Below are positions 1-6,869 of a stretch of DNA of 6,869 nucleotides, piece after piece. Source of the stretch: a metagenome; sequence record Ga0255782_10008436. One strand, written 5' to 3'. Made by a program: the position numbers and the translations under genes. A model generated the notes under the pieces. That model saw only the letters and a program-made list of their open reading frames with translations, ran no database searches and was not told where the DNA came from. Within the stretch, counting starts at the first letter, position 1. Each line of letters starts with the position of its first letter.

Positions 1-114
1 CTATATATATGATATGATACGTGACGAGCCCATCGGCGCCTTCAACACTAAAAATCGCTCATCGGCGACGACGCCACTTCCGAGTCGTCGGCGTCGCGGG
101 ACGAACGCGGCGGT

Positions 115-2010
115 ATGGTTGGCGACGCGACGGAGCGCGCGTCGTTGTTGGGCGACGCCGAGACGCGTGAGGCGACGGCGACGCGTGGAAGGCGAACGCG
201 TCGGCGCGACGATGCCGACGACGACGTCGACGCTGGGCTGATGAAATGGGTGTTATCGATGAGTCGTCGTGATGATGACGGTGAAGCCGACGACGTCGCG
301 GGAACGTCGAGCGCGCGAGTGCGGTACGGCGACGTTGATGAGGACGATGCGCCGTGGGACGCTGTGCGTCGCTTTTGGGCTTCGCCGTCGTCGTCGTCGT
401 CGTCGTGGGGATTTCAGAGCGAGCGAACGAAACGAGTCGCGGGCGGGGCGGCGATCGCCGTCTTAGTCGCGTTGGTTTCGGTTTCGTCGTCTACGTCGTC
501 GTCGTCTACGTCGTCGTCGGTGTCTTCGTATTGGTTTGATGGAGTCGTGGGTTGGGGACGAAGTCACCGCGCCGCGACGAAGGCAGAGGCGGCGTTGTCT
601 CTCGCGCCGTTGAGAGAGACCAACGCTACGGTGCAGGACAGGTACGCGAAGAACGCGAGAGGCAAGGTGGATAGGCTCGCGTTGGCCGCGGCGTTGGATC
701 CCGTGCATCATAGGTATCTTCCGGATGCGTTCCATGGTTACGACCCGACGCTTTCGTACGATGCGTATGCGCACAAGCCCGAGGTGTCGGGGTCGAACAA
801 GGGGTTTTCCGTGTGTTTCGACGTCGCCAAGCAACACTGGGACGCCGTGTACGCCACCGGGTTTGGATTGCTATTCGAACCCGGTTTGTGTTTCGACAAG
901 GTTCAGTCTGGTAACTGCGACACGAGCAAGGCTGACGTGAGAGTATTTAGCCAATCTGCCTACCTTTGGGCTGGCAGACACAAGAGCAAGAATGGCGCGT
1001 ACGACAAGCCCGCCAAGGTGCATCCGAAGCAGGTGGACTTTTACTTTGCCCACGAGGCGGCGGGCACGTTCGGGGGCGAACTCAGGCGCGCGGATGTTCT
1101 CGCCCAGTTTGACTACCTCGCGTATTTCGACAATAAAAAGTCCGCCGTCTGGTGGCCGTTCGGACCGACGCTCAACTCGCTCGTGCACGATTTCCCGGCG
1201 CACTCCACGCCTTTTGCAGAGCGCATCCCCGGCCTCGCCTGGATAGCCATAGATTGTTTGCCACCGCGTTCAAGCCTCCTCGTTAGGATTGCGGATCACT
1301 TTCCAGTCTTTTCCATGGGTTCCTGCAAGCACAACGCCCAGGCTCCAAAGGGACTACCCCAGAGAGGGAACTCGTCGGCCAAGTATCAAGAGCTTATGGC
1401 CAAGTACATGTTTTACTTTGCCATGGAGAACGCCCCCGCGTGCAACGGGTACGCGACTGAAAAAATTTGGATGGCGCTCGCTCGAGGTTCCATTCCAGTT
1501 TACATGGGTTCGCCCGACATTGAAGAGCTGATGCCGGTGAAGAACGCCTTTGTGGACATGCGCAAGTTTGACTCGCCCGAGGCGCTCGGCGAAGAGCTTC
1601 GATCCATCGCGAGGGACGAAGAAAAGTACAAGTCGTACACGCAGTGGAGGTATGAAGATCCACACACGTGGCAACCGGGTTTCCGCAAGCTCTTACGCGT
1701 CATGAGTAGCGACGTGAAGATGGGCGTGTGCGCCGTCTTGCAAAAGGGCGAAGCGGCGTTTCCAAAGAGCGCTCCGCAGACTGGATCGTGCGACGGCAGC
1801 TTCAAAGCGTTGGGTCTTAATTCTGGGCAGATGCTCGGCGTCCCCAACGCGCCTAGAAACCCTTCCGACTTTTTGGAGAAGAAGTGCGACGAGCTCGACG
1901 CCAAGTGTTACAAGTGGCGTTTGGCGCCGCTCGGCGAACCGCTCGTCAAGCAAAAGCACCCCGTCGCCAAATTGGGTCGTCACACGAGAAAGCGCGGCGA
2001 CGAAGCGTGA
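115..2010 (+). CDS. Type II membrane glycosyltransferase, family GT10 (alpha-1,3/4-fucosyltransferase-like)
   Basis: ATG at 115 and TGA at 2008-2010 bound 631 uninterrupted codons. The C-terminal half carries the GT10 signature KYMFYFAMENAPACNGYATEKIWMALARGSIPVYMGSP (nt 1402-1515), followed by FVDMRKFDSPEALGEELRSIARDEEKYKSYTQWR. The N-terminus is an Arg/Asp-rich tail, then one hydrophobic span VAGGAAIAVLVALVSVS (about nt 436-486), then a Ser-rich stem. This is the classic Golgi type II topology. The start is uncertain because another in-frame ATG lies at 241. Confidence 0.85.
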   Translation: MVGDATERASLLGDAETREATATRGRRTRRRDDADDDVDAGLMKWVLSMSRRDDDGEADDVAGTSSARVRYGDVDEDDAPWDAVRRFWASPSSSSSSWGFQSERTKRVAGGAAIAVLVALVSVSSSTSSSSTSSSVSSYWFDGVVGWGRSHRAATKAEAALSLAPLRETNATVQDRYAKNARGKVDRLALAAALDPVHHRYLPDAFHGYDPTLSYDAYAHKPEVSGSNKGFSVCFDVAKQHWDAVYATGFGLLFEPGLCFDKVQSGNCDTSKADVRVFSQSAYLWAGRHKSKNGAYDKPAKVHPKQVDFYFAHEAAGTFGGELRRADVLAQFDYLAYFDNKKSAVWWPFGPTLNSLVHDFPAHSTPFAERIPGLAWIAIDCLPPRSSLLVRIADHFPVFSMGSCKHNAQAPKGLPQRGNSSAKYQELMAKYMFYFAMENAPACNGYATEKIWMALARGSIPVYMGSPDIEELMPVKNAFVDMRKFDSPEALGEELRSIARDEEKYKSYTQWRYEDPHTWQPGFRKLLRVMSSDVKMGVCAVLQKGEAAFPKSAPQTGSCDGSFKALGLNSGQMLGVPNAPRNPSDFLEKKCDELDAKCYKWRLAPLGEPLVKQKHPVAKLGRHTRKRGDEA

Positions 2011-2038
2011 AATAGGTAATAGCGCGACACGAATTGTT

Positions 2039-2106
2039 CATCACACACGCACACACACACACTCACACACTCATACTCACTCATACTCACTCACTCACTC
2101 ACTCTC
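2039..2106. repeat. Compound microsatellite (CA)n / (CTCA)n / (CATACTCACT)2 filling the spacer between two same-strand genes
   Basis: Read directly: CATCACACACGCACACACACACACTCACACACTCATACTCACTCATACTCACTCACTCACTCACTCTCC. The + strand has no G from 2050 to 2115. Confidence 0.9.
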
Positions 2107-2147
2107 CTCCCCACTGCTCGACGACCGACGACTGACGACCGCACGGC

Positions 2148-2918
<771 letters not shown>

Positions 2919-3053
2919 TTGCGAGGATGATTCGTTTTATCAGTAGTGGTACTAAAAGTAGTCGTGTATTATATTCTATCTAGTGTGCGTGTGCGTGCGC
3001 CGCGCTGCGCTGCACCGTCGGCAGCGCTCAAACCTCTTCTTCCGCCTTCTCTA

Positions 3054-4532
3054 CTATCCTCGTCGTCGTTCGTAAATTTGCACGTACGTCTCAGTCAAGT
3101 TGACTTGCTGAGGTAAAACCTCTTCGACGCGCAAATCCTGCGTCTCGTACCAGTTCTTATCCGGCGCGTGGTAAACCATGGCGCGATACGACGCCGACTC
3201 GTCCTCGATGGACGGTCCGTCGTGCACTACGTTGGCGACCAAGTCGTACGTCGCCGCTTCGCCCTCTGGAACGGGCACGTGGTCGGCGACGTTTAAGCCT
3301 CGCACGGGAAACGTCACGATTGTTGGATTCTTCTCGGTGAAAAAGTTATTCTTCACGAACCTCGAATAGCTAATGATGAGATAGTCTGGAAGCTTGGTGA
3401 TGCGAAACCTGCGTCGCGTCTTCGGATCGGGCGTCGTCGCGTCGAAGCGTTTCAGCAGCGAGCGCTCCAGAGACACTTGAGGAATAACCTGCGCTTCGGA
3501 TCGGGCGTCTTGAAACAACGGAACGTTGGGAAGTTCCATGTGAAGCATTAGGAACTTTTGCGGCACCCGTGTCGTTCTTCCGTCGTCGTCGTCGTCGTCG
3601 TCGCCCGTGATGATTTCCAATTCGCCTTGAAACATGGACTCAATCGTGTCGAAGTTCGTTTTCGTCGTTTTCGTCTTTTTCTTCTCCTTCTTCTCCTCGC
3701 GAATGAGTTCGTTGAGTAGCCAGCGAAGGAAATGCGCGGCGTCGCCGCCGGTTCCGGTCCCAAACGCATCCTTTGACCGCGTTCGAACCGCCTGAACGAA
3801 CTCGTGCGGGCTCGCGTGTCCTTTAAAGTTGCGCTCGTTCCACATTTTCTTTGTCAGATGTGACAGTTGTTGCCAGATCAGCGAATCGTCCGACGACGAC
3901 GCGGATGACGACGACGAAGACGGCATCAACAGCAATCGTCTTCTGAGCGGCGTCACTCGACTCAAGCTCTGAAGCACGGCGCAAATACCGTCTGAATCGC
4001 GCTCGCCTCTGCGCGCCGTACCGTTGAGCCCCGCGACGCCGACGAGAAACTCAGACCCATCCAAAGCGCGTCTCCACATCGGTCCCGACTCCACGTTGTC
4101 GACGCAATACTCGGTGTTATTCGCCATGTACGTCTCCGGTTTCAGTACGTCTCTGATGCGTCTCAGCGTCGCCGAAGCCTCGGACGAGACCTCGTAGCCG
4201 TCTGGCAAACAATACGTCCTTCCCGTTTCCAAGTGCATGAACACGCGGTGCCCCGTGGGGGTCTCGTTCAGCGCCGCGTGTTTATACGCGTGCGTGTTTT
4301 TCCCTCGTCCAGAAAAGTATTTTCCACACACCAGGCACGCGTACACGTGCACCGGGCTCAGCGACACCGAGCACTTGCGCTCAAAGTCAAAATCCAGGTT
4401 CGCGGTGGCGATCGTGTCGAGGTACGGGCACACCGCGGAGGGTGAGGAATCCGAAGGCGGAACCGGAGGCGCGACATCGTCGTCGTCGTCGTCGTCGTCG
4501 GACGCCGCGGCTTTGCGTTTACCACGCGCCAT
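3054..4532 (-). CDS. USP39: U4/U6.U5 tri-snRNP-associated protein 2 (USP39 / Sad1-like, ZnF-UBP plus inactive USP domain)
   Basis: The minus-strand ORF ends at TAG (3054-3056). The ORF-track start at 4628 is a GTG. The first ATG is at 4532-4530 (MARGKRKAAASDDDDDDDD...), giving 492 aa. The ZnF-UBP segment CPYLDTIATANLDFDFERKCSVSLSPVHVYACLVCGKYFSGRGKNTHAYKH closely matches human USP39 (CPYLDTINRSVLDFDFEKLCSISLSHINAYACLVCGKYFQGRGLKSHAYIH). The C-terminus YDLVANVVHDG...SYRAMVYH...WYETQDLRVEEVLPQQVNLTETYVQIYERR matches the USP39 C-terminus. Asp sits at the Cys-box nucleophile position and Ser at the His-box position, as in USP39/Sad1. Confidence 0.9.
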   Translation of the reverse strand: MARGKRKAAASDDDDDDDDVAPPVPPSDSSPSAVCPYLDTIATANLDFDFERKCSVSLSPVHVYACLVCGKYFSGRGKNTHAYKHAALNETPTGHRVFMHLETGRTYCLPDGYEVSSEASATLRRIRDVLKPETYMANNTEYCVDNVESGPMWRRALDGSEFLVGVAGLNGTARRGERDSDGICAVLQSLSRVTPLRRRLLLMPSSSSSSASSSDDSLIWQQLSHLTKKMWNERNFKGHASPHEFVQAVRTRSKDAFGTGTGGDAAHFLRWLLNELIREEKKEKKKTKTTKTNFDTIESMFQGELEIITGDDDDDDDGRTTRVPQKFLMLHMELPNVPLFQDARSEAQVIPQVSLERSLLKRFDATTPDPKTRRRFRITKLPDYLIISYSRFVKNNFFTEKNPTIVTFPVRGLNVADHVPVPEGEAATYDLVANVVHDGPSIEDESASYRAMVYHAPDKNWYETQDLRVEEVLPQQVNLTETYVQIYERRRG

Positions 4533-4831
4533 AGTCGGTCTAGTCGCCGCCGACTGAAGTGTCTGGAGTGTCGTGTCGGTCGTCCAAACGTGGTGCGCGC
4601 GTGAATTACAAAACCCGTACGTCGACACACACCACTCGGTGTGATTTTCGGGTAAAACACTTTTCCGTACACTCGACTACGTAACAGACCACGGATTCAC
4701 ACTCCGTAGTCTACAATCCTCTCTACTAGCCGCTCGAAAGATGCGGATTGGTAAAGCCTTAGCGAGTACATACGACGATGAAGCGCCATAATTGGCGTAT
4801 CGTTCATCGCTGCGGACCTATGTCCGAGCGG

Positions 4832-4904
4832 TACTTCATAGTGTAGATGGTTATCACGCTAGGCTTTCACCCTAGAGACTCGGGTTCGAATCCCGGTGAG
4901 GTAA
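4832..4904 (+). tRNA. tRNA-Glu(UUC): tRNA-Glu, anticodon UUC
   Basis: Manual cloverleaf of 73 nt. Acceptor TACTTCA / TGAGGTA forms 7 pairs (one G-U). D arm is GTGT-AGATGGTTA-TCAC. Anticodon stem is CTAGG / CCTAG with loop CTTTCAC, placing TTC at 4866-4868. The variable loop is 4 nt (AGAC). T arm is TCGGG-TTCGAAT-CCCGG, which includes a consensus B box GGTTCGAATCC. The discriminator is A at 4904. CCA is not encoded. A TTTT run at 4907-4910 is a plausible Pol III terminator. Confidence 0.92.
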
Positions 4905-4952
4905 ACTTTTACTAGATAGCGTTTTATCCATTCAAGTACGTGTCAAATGTCC

Positions 4953-4985
4953 TACTTTTCATAAACATGTTTATCGGTGAGGTAA
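4953..4985 (+). pseudogene. Internally deleted tRNA-Glu-derived relic 1 (5' acceptor/D-arm-like segment fused to the 3' acceptor end; anticodon arm and B box missing)
   Basis: TACTTTTCATAAACATGTTTATC aligns with the tRNA 5' part TACTTCATAGTGTAGATGGTTATC. It is joined directly to GGTGAGGTAA, which is identical to the tRNA 3' end. The same ACTTTT flank follows. The alignment is by eye only. Confidence 0.45.
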
Positions 4986-5029
4986 ACTTTTACTAGATAG
5001 CGGACATACGAAGTACGTACCAAATGTCC

Positions 5030-5062
5030 TACTATGCATAAAGATATTTATCGGTAATGTGA
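5030..5062 (+). pseudogene. Internally deleted tRNA-Glu-derived relic 2 (more degraded)
   Basis: TACTATGCATAAAGATATTTATC retains TACT, CATA, AGAT and TTATC in the same order as the tRNA 5' part. The following 3' segment CGGTAATGTGATT is a degraded version of CGGTGAGGTAAAC. Confidence 0.3.
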
Positions 5063-5301
5063 TTAAATTTCTTATAGGCTACTCAGTTTAAAAGTTTTTA
5101 TAATACGGATATAGATAGTAGGAAAAGTATTACTGAGCATTATCTCGACGGTCCGACTTGGCGTTGTCGACCGAATGCGGAGACTCCGCTGCGTCTGTCC
5201 GCAAACGTCGTCGTCTGCGCTCGAACGTCGTCGTTCGTGCGCGAACGCCGCGCTGAGTGAAAACACCGCAGCTGTCCTCATCTTCGTCTTCGATCGCGGC
5301 G

Positions 5302-6264
5302 ATGTTCGTGCGCCGCCTTCGCGGTGACGCCGAGAGAGACGAAAATTCACCCCTGTTGGCGTCAACACCATCGGCGTCTCGCGTGAGGTCGTCGAAATCG
5401 GCGCCGTGGTTCATCGCCGGCGCGCTCGCGCTCGCCTCGCTCGGGTTCGCGTCCGCCAAGTACGGCTTCGGAAACGACTTTTCGAACGCGCTTGGCTCTC
5501 ACAAGTACATCGTCACGCAGCACAGAATGCTCGGACCCGAGGTTGATCAGTGCACCGCCGCGTGTCACAAGCACAACAACTCGGCGATCGGCGAGTACGC
5601 GTTTCAGGATGAAAAGTGCGAAATCAACGGCGGAGGCCTCGGGTGTTACGGTCCGAGCTGTCGCTTGTGTCAAACGAAACCGTACGCGTCGCGTCCGACT
5701 CAGTGGAGGTATCAGCAGTGTCCGCCGTGCGTGTGTAACCACCACGGGGCGACGGGGTGCGACCCGTGTCCGGGCAGGTACTCGTACTTTCGCTTCAACG
5801 TGAAAACGATTCGCCAAAATACACCGGGCGATGAACTCTTTGGCACGACGTGCTCCGGTTCGATGATTTGTCAGTTTTCTGAAGTCAAACTGTATACAAA
5901 CAAGGGGACAGAGACGCTCGCGCTCGACCCAGAGCAGAGCACCGTGCTCAACGGAAACCTCTGCGCTTCAAACGAGGGTCCGAACGCGGCGACGGATGGC
6001 GACTTGAACACGAAAATGTGCGACAGAGACACCGTCGGTGAAGAAGGTGGGCTCAATTTCGTATTCGCCGCCGTGGAGCCTTCGCAATTTTCCCACTACG
6101 AGTTTTTCACCGCCAACGATTGTCCGGTGCGCGACCCGACGTCGTGGACGTTTTACGGTTCTACGGAGTCGAATGAAGGCCCGTGGATCGAGCTCTCCAG
6201 TGGAAGCCAACAGCCGCCAACCGCACGATTCGCATCGTACGGTAAACGCGCCGTGTGCGGTTGA
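5302..6264 (+). CDS. Type II membrane protein with a Cys-rich module and a C-terminal discoidin / galactose-binding-like (F5/8 type C-like) domain
   Basis: The ORF-track start at 5257 is GTG. The first ATG is at 5302 (MFVRRLRGD...) and the TGA is at 6262-6264, giving 320 aa. One hydrophobic span WFIAGALALASLGFASA lies at nt 5406-5456. It is followed by about 75 aa containing 11 Cys (CTAACHKH...CPPCVCNHHGATGCDPCPG). The C-terminal part has motifs typical of galactose-binding-like domains: ATDGDLNTKMC, SHYEFFTANDCPVRDPTSWTFYGSTESNEGPWIEL. Confidence 0.75.
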   Translation: MFVRRLRGDAERDENSPLLASTPSASRVRSSKSAPWFIAGALALASLGFASAKYGFGNDFSNALGSHKYIVTQHRMLGPEVDQCTAACHKHNNSAIGEYAFQDEKCEINGGGLGCYGPSCRLCQTKPYASRPTQWRYQQCPPCVCNHHGATGCDPCPGRYSYFRFNVKTIRQNTPGDELFGTTCSGSMICQFSEVKLYTNKGTETLALDPEQSTVLNGNLCASNEGPNAATDGDLNTKMCDRDTVGEEGGLNFVFAAVEPSQFSHYEFFTANDCPVRDPTSWTFYGSTESNEGPWIELSSGSQQPPTARFASYGKRAVCG

Positions 6265-6390
6265 GCAGTTTTACAGTAGTTCGCGGGCGCTGCTCCCCTT
6301 TTCTTCACACGTATGCCCATCGCTTTGTAGTAACTCTTGTCAGTGGCGGTTTCAATGTTATAAATCACAACCTTAAGACTAGTACCCTAC

Positions 6391-6420
6391 CACCATCGCC
6401 ACCACCACCACCACCACCAC
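6391..6420. repeat. (CCA)n microsatellite
   Basis: CACCATCGCCACCACCACCACCACCACCAC. The perfect triplet run spans 6399-6420 and ends in the palindrome CCACGTGG (6417-6424). Confidence 0.9.
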
Positions 6421-6496
6421 GTGGGTATGTGGTTCGGGCTAGGTTCAGGTGGTGGCTCACACTCACTCTTTCATCCACGCACTCCTCTTTTCCTTT

Positions 6497-6532
6497 CGCG
6501 TCAGACTTCGATAGCACGCGTCAGACTTCGAT
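6497..6532 (+). repeat. Perfect 16-nt direct repeat CGCGTCAGACTTCGAT (6497-6512 and 6517-6532); the second copy contains the first two bases of the downstream start codon
   Basis: Read directly. The period is 20 nt. A third partial copy CGCGTCAGAC lies at 6554-6563 inside the CDS. Confidence 0.9.
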
Positions 6533-6869
6533 GGGCGTCTCCGCATCCGTCGTCGCGTCAGACGACGAACGCCGACGTCACTCGGATAATGTAAGCGCTT
6601 GCGCCGCCGAATTCGTCGCTCAGAACAACGATAACGACGACGAAAGCTTAACGAACTCTGATGAAGATGTTGAAGATGATGATTCGGACCTGAGAGGGAC
6701 GCTGCGCGCGTTGAGAAACGCGATCGAACAATCCACGACGAGTAGTACTAGTCGGCGGAATAAACCTCAACTTTCGTCGTCGTCATCGTCTTGGCGCGTG
6801 GTATTTGACTCCAGCAGACACGGTTTGAGTTTCGGCGCGTTGACGCGCGCGTGCGTCGAAAACGCGCTC
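6531..6869 (+). CDS. 5' part of a TLDc-domain-like protein with an N-terminal myristoylation-type motif (truncated by the window end)
   Basis: This ORF is absent from the ORF track because no stop is reached. ATG at 6531 opens 113 codons to the window end: MGVSASVVASDDERRRHSDNVSACAAEFVAQNNDNDDESLTNSDEDVEDDDSDLRGTLRALRNAIEQSTTSSTSRRNKPQLSSSSSSWRVVFDSSRHGLSFGALTRACVENAL. MGxxxS fits the N-myristoylation consensus. WRVVFDSSRHGLSFGAL resembles the start of TLDc domains (W.LlY.s..hG.S). No in-frame ATG occurs upstream back to at least 6300. The domain assignment is tentative because only its first ~25 residues are visible. Confidence 0.6.
   Translation, partial: MGVSASVVASDDERRRHSDNVSACAAEFVAQNNDNDDESLTNSDEDVEDDDSDLRGTLRALRNAIEQSTTSSTSRRNKPQLSSSSSSWRVVFDSSRHGLSFGALTRACVENAL

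Larger units (their letters stand above)
4894..5062 (+). repeat. Tandem repeat (units of 81 nt and 77 nt, then a degraded third start) that begins inside the 3' end of tRNA-Glu
   Basis: CGGTGAGGTAAACTTTTACTAGATAGCG at 4894-4921 recurs perfectly at 4975-5002. The rest of each unit aligns through AAGTACGT, CAAATGTCCTACT, CATAAA and TTTAT with scattered substitutions and a 12 vs 8 nt variable block. A degraded CGGTAATGTGATTAAAT begins at 5052. Confidence 0.85.

Noticed and set aside
1-19. CTATATATATGATATGATA as a TATA-box promoter element about 100 nt upstream of the ATG at 115
   Set aside because: It is plausible, but it sits at the window edge with no upstream context and no transcript-start evidence. 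That is too weak to list as a feature.
463-837. Long alternative-frame and antisense ORFs inside the real genes, for example 463-837(-), 871-1203(-), 1500-1904(-), 2099-2464(-), 2403-2690(-), 2657-2983(+), 4237-4557(+), 4358-4672(-), 5130-5459(-), 5362-5817(-), 6038-6376(+)
   Set aside because: Their translations are Arg/Pro/Ser-rich low-complexity strings with no motifs. They fully overlap ORFs that have clear homology. Such open frames are expected in GC-rich, stop-poor sequence containing triplet repeats.
3007-3027. GC hairpin GCGCTGC-ACCGTCG-GCAGCGC between the convergent gene ends, considered as a terminator
   Set aside because: The stem is only 7 bp with no flanking T-run, and the context is eukaryotic, where 3' ends are made by cleavage and polyadenylation. 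A rho-independent terminator call is not justified.
4533-4628. N-terminal extension of the USP39-like ORF (MSTYGFCNSRAHHVW...) given in the ORF track
   Set aside because: The codon at 4628-4626 is GTG, not ATG. In a eukaryotic nuclear gene the first ATG (4532, MARGKRK...) is the credible start. The extension has no recognisable homology.
4626-4830. Short inverted repeats upstream of the tRNA (CACACC-ACTC-GGTGTG at 4628-4643; GACTACG...CGTAGTC; GATGAAGCGCCA-TAAT-TGGCGT..TTCATC), considered as a small RNA or snoRNA
   Set aside because: The stems are 6-7 bp or imperfect. There are no C/D (TGATGA/CTGA) or H/ACA boxes on either strand and no tRNA-like T loop. They are indistinguishable from chance in a 200-nt spacer.
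5042-5049. AGATATTT (reverse complement AAATATCT, the evening-element core) in the AT-rich spacer
   Set aside because: An 8-mer in roughly 25% GC sequence is easily a chance match. It occurs in only one of the two repeat units (the other reads ACATGTTT). It cannot be supported from sequence alone.
4894-5062. The repeated tRNA 3' end read as an integrase attL/attR pair (genomic island or provirus scar), or as a CRISPR-like array
   Set aside because: Only about 81 nt separate the copies, so there is no cargo, and no integrase or recombinase ORF is nearby. The material between the repeats is itself repeated, unlike unique spacers. The units also appear to include tRNA 5' sequence, which fits tandem duplication and decay better than site-specific integration.
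5257-5301. N-terminal extension (MKTPQLSSSSSSIAA) of the discoidin-domain ORF
   Set aside because: The codon at 5257 is GTG. The first ATG is at 5302.
6250-6400. Possible selenocysteine read-through at the TGA ending the discoidin-domain gene (C-G-TGA)
   Set aside because: Read-through would add only four codons before a TAG at 6277-6279. I see no SECIS-like ATGA...AA...GA core in 6265-6400.

Overview
This window looks like GC-rich, very compact and apparently intron-free eukaryotic nuclear DNA. The spacers are short, homopolymeric Asp/Ser/Thr runs are encoded by CGA/GTC/ACG-type triplet repeats, and one gene is a spliceosomal factor. That style fits a picoeukaryotic green alga (Mamiellophyceae, Ostreococcus-like), but the taxon is an inference I cannot verify here.

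I can support five protein-coding genes and one tRNA:
- a type II membrane GT10 fucosyltransferase-like protein (115-2010, +)
- an IMP2-like S26 signal-peptidase homologue (2148-2918, +)
- a USP39/Sad1-like tri-snRNP protein (3054-4532, -)
- tRNA-Glu(UUC) (4832-4904, +)
- a type II membrane protein with a Cys-rich module and a discoidin/galactose-binding-like domain (5302-6264, +)
- the 5' part of an N-myristoylation-motif, TLDc-like protein that runs off the window (6531-6869, +)

Two ORF-track models (3054-4628 and 5257-6264) begin with GTG. I trimmed both to the first ATG.

I find no CRISPR array, transposon, integrase, prokaryotic operon or defence-type system, and no convincing evidence of a new multi-gene system.

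The two observations most worth a second look are:
- tRNA-Glu is followed by two tandem, internally deleted tRNA-like relics in an AT-rich spacer.
- The S26 peptidase homologue appears to have both catalytic-dyad positions substituted (Ser to Ala, Lys to Arg).

The other findings are minor: simple repeats, short palindromes and a duplicated start-codon context.
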